Shown here: in pieces, positions 60,901 through 64,000 of the stretch
Numbering within the stretch: the stretch's first letter is position 1
Layout: each line of letters opens with the position of its first letter
DNA from: Chrysochromulina tobinii
Taxonomy: Eukaryota
Direction: 5' to 3'
Length of the DNA stretch: 64,000 bases
Assembly (NCBI GenBank): GCA_001275005.1
Contig: JWZX01003278.1
Coordinates: 1-64,000, forward strand
Position numbers and translations under genes: made by a program
The notes under the pieces: generated by a model
What the model saw: only the letters and a program-made list of their open reading frames with translations
What the model was told of the DNA's origin: nothing
Databases searched by the model: none

Positions 60901-62228
60901 AGCGCGTGTCCGTGCGCGCCAAGGTTCTGGAGGTGGCAGAGGCACCTGTTGCCGTAAAGCCAGGGATGCCGCCGCCGCCGCCGGCGGCCCCAACAGAGAA
61001 CGAGAAAGTGGAGAAGGTGGCTCCCATCGTCGACCCTGGAGTGAGCGCGATCAGTCTGGTGAACGGCCTGCTCGCCAACCCCGAGGCCGTGAATTCTTCT
61101 CAAAAGCCACACGTCGTGTGGCCACGCGGCCGCACGGAGCACGACATGCTTCAGGCTCAATTGCTCCATATGTTGGGCACGACCTTGCGTAAAGGTGAGA
61201 TCAGGCTGGTGCCGCTTATGCTAACGATGTCTCGCATAGCGGAGATGGTGCAGGACGAGTCCAAGCGCGCGCCGCCGCGCGACATGATCATCAAGGCCGT
61301 TGAGGTGGACTTCCCAAGCGCTTCCGAGATGCTGCGCCAGGCGATGGAGCTCCGCGCGCTCGTGTTTGTCGCAGAGGTGCGCAACGAGACCGACCTCATC
61401 GGCTTCACCCCGGCAGTGCTTGAAGAGATTCTTGGCTGCCGGTTGATTCTCGTCTTCTCTGGTGTGTCTCCCACGTCCAAGCTGATGCCAAGTGTACTCC
61501 TGGGGCGCACGAAGTCCATGGAGATTGCCTCGATCGGCCTCTTCTTCAATGACACGCCGCTCGTCAGCCGGAATGCCAAAGAGCTGCTTCGGCGCATGCA
61601 GGCAGGCGTTGCGGATGTGAATGACGCCAAGGCTTTACATTACGGGATCATCTCGGGTCTTCATCTCTCGGCCTCGGAGCTCGGCCGCGACGTGCTCCAG
61701 ATTCTGCAGGATCTCCTTGGACACTCTGGGTGCCTCCTCACTCGGCTCGATCTGAGCTACACGCAGGTCGACGGATATCCGCTCGTGCAGGCCATCAAGA
61801 GCAGCAAGACGCTCACATCGCTCGACGTGCGCTTTGTCCCACGCTTCGAGGACCTATACGAGAACCTGGGCGAGATTCTGCTTCAGCCCAACAGAACGTG
61901 CCGCCTGTGCTACATGCGGTGCGACGCTTTTGATCTTCTCGAGGGCGAGAAGTCGTTGAGCCTTCGCGAGCGCGTGCTAGATAAGGGTGCCCCCCGTCTC
62001 CTGGCTGGCCTGCTACAACACAACACAGTCCTTCAAGACCTTGACCTGAGCGCGACCGACCTCGACTCGGAGGGCGCGACCGCGATTATGCAAGCGATGC
62101 AAGTGAACACGGTCCTGAAAACGCTGCAGCTTACTTTCAATCCAAGGCTCGACGACGAATGCCGGGCTGCACTCAGGATTCTTGCTGACAAATGGCGCAG
62201 CGGCAAGGACCAGTTCCTGACGTTTTAA
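48933..62228 (+). CDS. Giant (about 4,400 aa) NLR-like multidomain protein: EF-hand pair, coiled coil, LRRs, SH3-like pair, NACHT NTPase, further LRR blocks, second degenerate NACHT-like unit
   Basis: One uninterrupted 13.3-kb ORF (ATG at 48933 or 48978). EF loops DADGGGTISLSE and DVDQSGVIDRAE; RI-type LRRs; Walker A GPGTGKT (54216); Walker B ILVDGVDE (about 54490); sensor-1 LVVTSRP; winged-helix FKHLSFQE (about 56870). Confidence 0.85.
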   Translation: MSKPSPAKSNKLKLPMSDSATGDSDQAPSQANSMRFGSEEGTSVRTSKSKRDKGDSSQRSDKSSSSHRGEKKKKKKSVKLAKQKTTDSVAEESEQDTPSGDAPADSSPDERSGMRKASSLGHAFLLFDADGGGTISLSEFLATIGLGGLLTESQAEMLFDEMDVDQSGVIDRAEFAARWHDIQTQYGVRLSSEQAAFSEAQRFEAEREAAEFAAMAEATKAAAAAAAAAAAEAAAAETESAEAAAAEAAAAETESAEAAAAETESAEAASTASASPVASPARIQKSASTVSDFFVSNANSLSFEAAAKVAQVEVALQKEQDAFEVLKRETAAKVLTIWGRKVAAKWARIHIEEDRMRATMETLEETEATRLQGEAELAAIKDKAAYKDKKVAIRTASLAAEAEAKAKEVAQVKEAAMFTISRVMQDRRALKEALARESKAKLLLKRQAAARQAAEDEAARAVEMANDAVRLAAAAERAAKRVRAFKKLPPTYFELPAQMRELVENAIFQSHAAEQNVLRAVDLAAAALFVEKPAELTNIWESHGTIAERTAAIQARVKALPAESQSLIVQLTDKALRGEMPVLKLLSSAPEVNLQLTLAGLAPFFAAQALCKGCQLPPETAKPWRWREWWAETLNEGEKVGADFERGMLQASASATLAALSIRAEVAGHRPTALRAVGMLLRSVTMLDLRDNRITDEETKLLAIALPNAASLTKLNLAGNVITSIGMARVGTALSTVQPMMELIISRNRLWGDGTTRVEHLTEMAQTITLGGKLQMLQLSGASLNDMGGGKWLTALTQPAQAATSPAATRPVAARNGRASPGLSISRPDLMGMLQLTVLDMSQNGLRASFASALSGALSACPNLTNLNLSKNNFGAEAGTMVLSAAVESASLRVLDMSATNLCDISPSYPPPPGGRKYTPEAIRTLCRLLPQASLTELHLHQNELCGLFTERIWGGAVIRGTYKSDAIKALADAFEGSSVRLPLKKDGLRLERGNHLMAAEEERLTAALSLNSAKDAAPPKVTAYETMVDVQAATPDPKAPRKDTSDALNPFKPANAEKLPAPAGGASLPTAISDPLLPSKAALDAMTIPNQESPSLAQSVAPPAVAVGDAALPSALADGENADAKSLPADAVTAAVKMAKAKPSAPKAAAKSDAARPKVEENKQAEVDEDGKPARSGYGQQKKVKKKTERVEKVVEVNPFANSPLLIAVSPLVARQGPALDTPLVGENNRMAPGTLVRVAQTQEVTRKEGSKSITEKRMLVALDGDVEALGWVTGIDKEGVENLRLAASGFPLVVSTKALVVRETVATDGKKVDDLPPQMLLRVMESQTTADGSEKALVSRDGSTIKAIGWVLVFKEGMLARTLVPAPMLQLSFDLQVHTSQALTRALAIKQAGSQVRKRKDDSLPSQIAGKRPTFKPDDGAASRHTQVKKPATIILMFNCFNAAFDVTSWTGDVPFEKLSGETAFDLIAKKSRKRVGRVKLANELGMPFLARVEFPDEWVMAEEYGVYNDGWQGLASLEVELTWGKAVAIIIVKPWLAYGASTGARLLIRKLGASSGQCATIQRILGDDRAVARVDSYSKSDGVKGETIVDLQPINMVPTTFPGYARNTRVLLLHANKLVDATVLAWLGGFDYAEGSRHMMNVKAVGAETGSHAWHDLNMYNHVCVPDGIHAVTYEGIRQRYCRSITQTEDKVEDAITGNSLFIKDQLIYMNPAFVPDGCLPVQYKTINDVPALVTEQLELSPKRSEGCHTAQPVLCRAGPGTGKTWMIKQCFFLLAERLSAPASEGVPLVPIIVFVQRIVRLLRELGDDPSALLQDPKGLMRWYIDNQFADRKEERTMLMLAYEMRAVAILVDGVDEAAGMRDIVEAFVHFELVTGGNRLVVTSRPEGVDLDDYKSRFVVMNLLELSQEQQRNVIQMQLQGNDFFEHLVNIAECRKDLDERYNELFRSEALRTETEAFKFEEDEMMERDRRLAKLIDEEKAARAERATRETDEKAPATKEARAIEEEFARQARWTAIREAVVTNSKVPRDSLTIRRLTVDGQAELQSWLSKVDLKKRPRSRFLDTIHSGMLQPSRAGTGLLDDLESELRRLPTPCTATQLEPTVLMLAQGQPAGLKMDPVVRESLAHLGLLRKMPAGGGRRGSKAAQIPANGLWFQVIQHTDETYMSMQLLAPTLMYALGTVAARAGVSKFALQQNEKTGLYVPRSAVETPELEHRSPVDLWVQSTTLPGSADQPPGPPTWVAKVKLHCEHAEQFLLVTRLLVAGIEVELDAEMISLTLLTMRNLFRPEELHPTHYRNLGCHMLLTSLQGSIAVLIEVEHTKLLTHYKSLDYAQHYDFFFNRNAENLGHAEFDTKFELLLVFLVEAIGVPVLLSLLLLTYSTGASNKDVVDMNELPDGRLNLYKMGIAAGIRKRMLLNVVSEKSKQDGKDAKGAAEVVVDTKDEGAAPQRRERRKGALEQGGGGMSFSAAGPSPGGSENEKTKAPRGGAKDEPVLDLNSILRGKKVRVVTGEDDVAECYSLVVRVLDKTKQPGFDLRSGIVAVVPKSHTMHAPVTALVEYVTQPAPQSEAALMETCKKMLRRVAVDNQENGRREFTSKNVACALGGNPEELGLWSRLDLDHDYGVALCATLAKQSDKAPAQYQFKHLSFQEGLYAEHLLILVTGLAPPAGAGWHGWMSDKTASEFLNNRYMNNTCRIAAGTLGSLLARQRPCWNFRNATLTANGRSALWFITNENETVESINVSQNDVTFEDVPGICKMLTTCPTLKSFDLSDNDLFKMVEVPLAFSRLCDALGNNHILTDLNLNNNRLGMVGVRIVANALRSCGNLKRLGLSFNEPGVDPALANLLRVHTSLETIELVEKNERLFPSRAKDDIGRALIENKKKKLGFLHCDMFVLSETTKSLTWAKEASTSDAVLLAGVLATNTTLTTFNIAPGAILENKARSELGEALLNNPGSRVAFCNDFGLTSGVDVCEFDLSRSELKDVEPFRLLAGCLRGNRTLTHVTLKQLRMEQISTLALALRGNDTLAQLDMVNASRAGGQSVVRLPVPELNGSKTGNDPARVDLSKTCMEGAIGRVACAMIGTLISSNSLLERLDLSDTGVGIAIGAEGEGGHILLRPICESAICPINEINLTNVQLNDKAGGKLLTALVTGLGDAGSGYDKIKSLLLSRNELGKQFTTGLKTLLWSERAPCVLQRLDLSFNLAIDGYEMGLALKRNESLTSIDFRGVPGANTNDIYSFLGSFFLQEDCNCRVGFLSCDAFQVEPNQDELVLSTSAAKREASAQAIPLVEGGAATAAPGTTAGPAKASKNNQGTKQNPVILLLAGVIRFNMSLKSLIVADTGLDDAAAASFATALKDNKTLQHLDLSGNAEIGAAGIRSIAEAIRAHPLLSTTKVDGKPLPIAQLCGANSSEVSLDFTDWGLGAPSGLMIGAILLSNRQILNLNLKGNQAFGTEGIRAIVEGCVQAPLKVLDVTKTGLGGEADDVMRALSVSICRTLGVLSELRMDENDLACGEDALAPLCKLRNLRTLSFEKNRLSSIPSLIGTMLSLRRILLHSNNLMFLPDSICLLSGLEQLDVHKNMISTLPSAIGKLAGLQKLDISENKLSELPVSICELSETLQLSVGRNPLEKPSVEQARQGVGSIRRFYGWSKSKAGDDAADTLAQMVESAPEDDASWLSVLTHPVKRPVKSEDTPSRHDWSGAGSVIVCFNASGSQIRLVDGGSELGTIAPSDSVELVTLFNLQAIGRVRPARTPSEKPADRLELYNQWLPWRVQEVSAGEKIRMAVYTRSNALRGSKATPLLVLAPWIAYSCSVGARLKMASGFVTVVDIRPDDTCKILRDNDAADIKETIDPRPDNVSRAASASYKPGQKLVLMEQGVLVDAVVEEWLGARRGSRHRLRLSLKGDAVTKAADALVKRLAGKKRLPGEKGKMTIEMDLNELNHAKLLFATGTKYEDARSSYLEKFCPKYANITDEATLMQLQVADQRVSVRAKVLEVAEAPVAVKPGMPPPPPAAPTENEKVEKVAPIVDPGVSAISLVNGLLANPEAVNSSQKPHVVWPRGRTEHDMLQAQLLHMLGTTLRKGEIRLVPLMLTMSRIAEMVQDESKRAPPRDMIIKAVEVDFPSASEMLRQAMELRALVFVAEVRNETDLIGFTPAVLEEILGCRLILVFSGVSPTSKLMPSVLLGRTKSMEIASIGLFFNDTPLVSRNAKELLRRMQAGVADVNDAKALHYGIISGLHLSASELGRDVLQILQDLLGHSGCLLTRLDLSYTQVDGYPLVQAIKSSKTLTSLDVRFVPRFEDLYENLGEILLQPNRTCRLCYMRCDAFDLLEGEKSLSLRERVLDKGAPRLLAGLLQHNTVLQDLDLSATDLDSEGATAIMQAMQVNTVLKTLQLTFNPRLDDECRAALRILADKWRSGKDQFLTF

Positions 62229-62397
62229 TCCAATTATGCTGTCGACAGAGCACAACTACATCGAAACTACATGTTCATGTCATTCATCCTACAACGTGCG
62301 CCTCTTTTAGGACACATCAGTCTCTTGTGTCTGTGTTCGTGTGGGGTGGCGGTGGTGTTCTCCAGACATATCGTCATCAGAGAGGAGAGAGACGCAT

Positions 62398-62571
62398 GCC
62401 GATCGAGGGGTAGCACCGGCGCCGCCCTTGGGGTCCTGAGGTGGGGCAGACCTTCGGGTAGGCCAGCTAGGTTGTGCTGGAGTTGAGCTAGCTGGCCGTA
62501 CCTGAAGGCCTGGCTCGCACAGGCTAGGAAGCGCCGCATGGCCGCGCGAGCGGGCGGGGTAGCCGATCGGC
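62398..62571 (+). ncRNA. Candidate structured RNA: long imperfect hairpin
   Basis: 62451-62470 pairs with 62488-62508 (1 bulge, 1 G.U). Outer helices CAG/CTG, GTGGG/CTCGC (with G.U), CCTG/CAGG, CGGCGC/GCGCCG and GCCGATCG/CGATCGGC. Transcription is not demonstrated. Confidence 0.4.
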
Positions 62572-63249
62572 GCGCCCTTCGTTGGCCTGGTCCGTCAAAC
62601 CTCTCGCCTCTCTAGCGACCTACGTAGCGATGCCATTCGAGTTAAAGAGCCGCTAAGACCGAATCCGAAATCATTATTCATACATCATAGAATCGAGCCG
62701 GCGGCCGCCCGGCGCGGCAGCCGGCAAGCCCCGCCGAGCACGGCCGCCCGCGGATCTCCATACCCTGATCGACACCGGGCACACACTCCAAGTGTGAACT
62801 TCAAGTGACCCCCGCGACTCACCAGCCTACCCGGAACCCGCCTGCGCGCGCGTGTGCGGTGTGGGGACCGCCTCGGACCGTGCGAGCCTCCGCGACCGCG
62901 CGGTGCTCGTGTTCGCGCTCAAAGACGAACCGAAATCCTTGTACTGTAAGTCGCGTATGCGGAGTCGCAGTCCCAGTCGTTTCCCAGTCGGCTGCCTCTG
63001 GGACGTTGTTTTTGCGACTTCGCCGTATCTTCGTTGGCCAACCAAGTGGCCAAATGTTGCGTGTTGGCCATGACCCATGAAACCATGAAACGGGATACTA
63101 TTGGCTATGTGGATGTCATTTAAACGGGGTCGATTCTATCCATTGTGTTGTGAACGCATGAGAACGTGTGCGAAGTGTTGCTCTTCACTTGTGCACGATT
63201 TCGTTCGTCGTTTGGTGTGGTGTGAAAACTGTGGTGTGAAAATTGGGAA

Positions 63250-64000
63250 ATGCATGAAGCCCTGGCCTTTGCTGATGTGGACCTCTTGCGGCGACAACTC
63301 CGTGAGCTGTCGGGATCAGCCCCGTCCTCACCCACACTTGCTGAGGAAGAGGTAGACAATCCGGCGGTGGCGCTCGCTAGAAGTGTTGCAGGCATGGCGG
63401 ACCATCTGCTCAAGCTTGGACTGCCACACCTTGAGCGAGAAGCTGCTGCAGCTGAGTCAGCCGCGGCGGCGAGCACCGCTTCACAGTGGCCCCTCGTCGT
63501 TGTGCCCGAACTCGGGCTGACGCTGCGCGCCCAGCCAGTCATGGGGCACGCGATGTGGCCGGCGGCACTCGCCTTGGGCAAGTTTCTGCTGGAGCACGTC
63601 GATCTGTGCGTGGGCGCACGTGTGATCGAGCTAGGTGCGGGTGGTGCTGCACCAGGGCTTGTGGCACGTGCCTCGGGCGCCGCGTTTCTGCTGGCTACAG
63701 ATGGAGACGAGTCACTGGTGCAGCTGATTGCGGCTAATTGCGGGGCAAACCCTGGCGGTGATTGGAGCGCAGCAGTGCTTGATTGGCGCGATGTCGCTGC
63801 CCTTCATCGTGAGGGGAGCGGCAGCTGGGACCTCGTGCTGGCATCTGATGTGCTTTATTCCGCCGGCGAGATCGTTCCAATCGTTCGGGCCTGCAAGGTG
63901 TTGCTGCGCTCAAATCCTCGCAGCCGAGTGTTGCTGTCCTGCTCGGCCTGGTTTGAAGGCTTTCAGCCGACGCTGTTGGCTGCCTTTGAAGAGGAGGGCT
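63250..64000 (+). CDS. METTL21/EFM-type (Methyltransf_16) SAM-dependent protein methyltransferase, 3'-partial
   Basis: Absent from the ORF track because it runs off the window. My translation from ATG 63250 gives GHAMWPAALAL, RVIELGAG, LATDGD, LDW and DLVLASDVLY (DxxY motif). Confidence 0.88.
   Translation, partial: MHEALAFADVDLLRRQLRELSGSAPSSPTLAEEEVDNPAVALARSVAGMADHLLKLGLPHLEREAAAAESAAAASTASQWPLVVVPELGLTLRAQPVMGHAMWPAALALGKFLLEHVDLCVGARVIELGAGGAAPGLVARASGAAFLLATDGDESLVQLIAANCGANPGGDWSAAVLDWRDVAALHREGSGSWDLVLASDVLYSAGEIVPIVRACKVLLRSNPRSRVLLSCSAWFEGFQPTLLAAFEEEG

Noticed and set aside
1360..62000. Many long overlapping and antisense ORFs in the track (for example 2381-3343, 13676-14635, 36850-37818, 50639-51916, 56807-58018)
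   Set aside because: Expected shadows of GC-rich codon-biased genes; low-complexity translations with no recognisable motifs.
1..64000. tRNA, rRNA, snRNA genes and autonomous transposons or viral genes
   Set aside because: No cloverleaf, rRNA or snRNA signatures and no transposase, RT, integrase or capsid motifs were seen by eye; a covariance-model search was not possible.

Overview
GC-rich, gene-dense eukaryotic nuclear DNA with few, short GT-AG introns and several head-to-head gene pairs only about 180-350 bp apart. The style (GC content, Pro/Ala/Gln-rich linkers, gene families) suggests a flagellated microalga, most plausibly a haptophyte; this is inference. About 18 protein-coding genes are supported: a DUF2306-like membrane protein, RBM26/27-like, TPR-AspH hydroxylase, DUF4239-like, PRP6-like HAT protein, MTR4-like helicase, an unknown coiled-coil protein, a 4-exon axonemal-dynein-light/EF-hand/cNMP/pseudokinase fusion, a CaaX beta-helix protein, a Dispatched/Patched-family transporter, a stand-alone IFT144/WDR19-type propeller, ARL13-like, WBP2/UPF0664-like, an Hsp110-like protein with a signal peptide, an unknown repeat protein, STOML2, a giant (about 4,400 aa) single-ORF EF-hand/LRR/NACHT protein, and a partial METTL21-type methyltransferase. 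The best novelty candidate is the giant NLR-like protein, which has an internally duplicated module and a possible degenerate RelA/SpoT-like nucleotidyltransferase inserted in its NACHT region. Next are the group of atypical ciliary genes, a long G.U-containing hairpin downstream of the giant gene, and a TSD-flanked microsatellite insertion that disables an ORF. All family calls come from motif recognition by eye; no database search was run.
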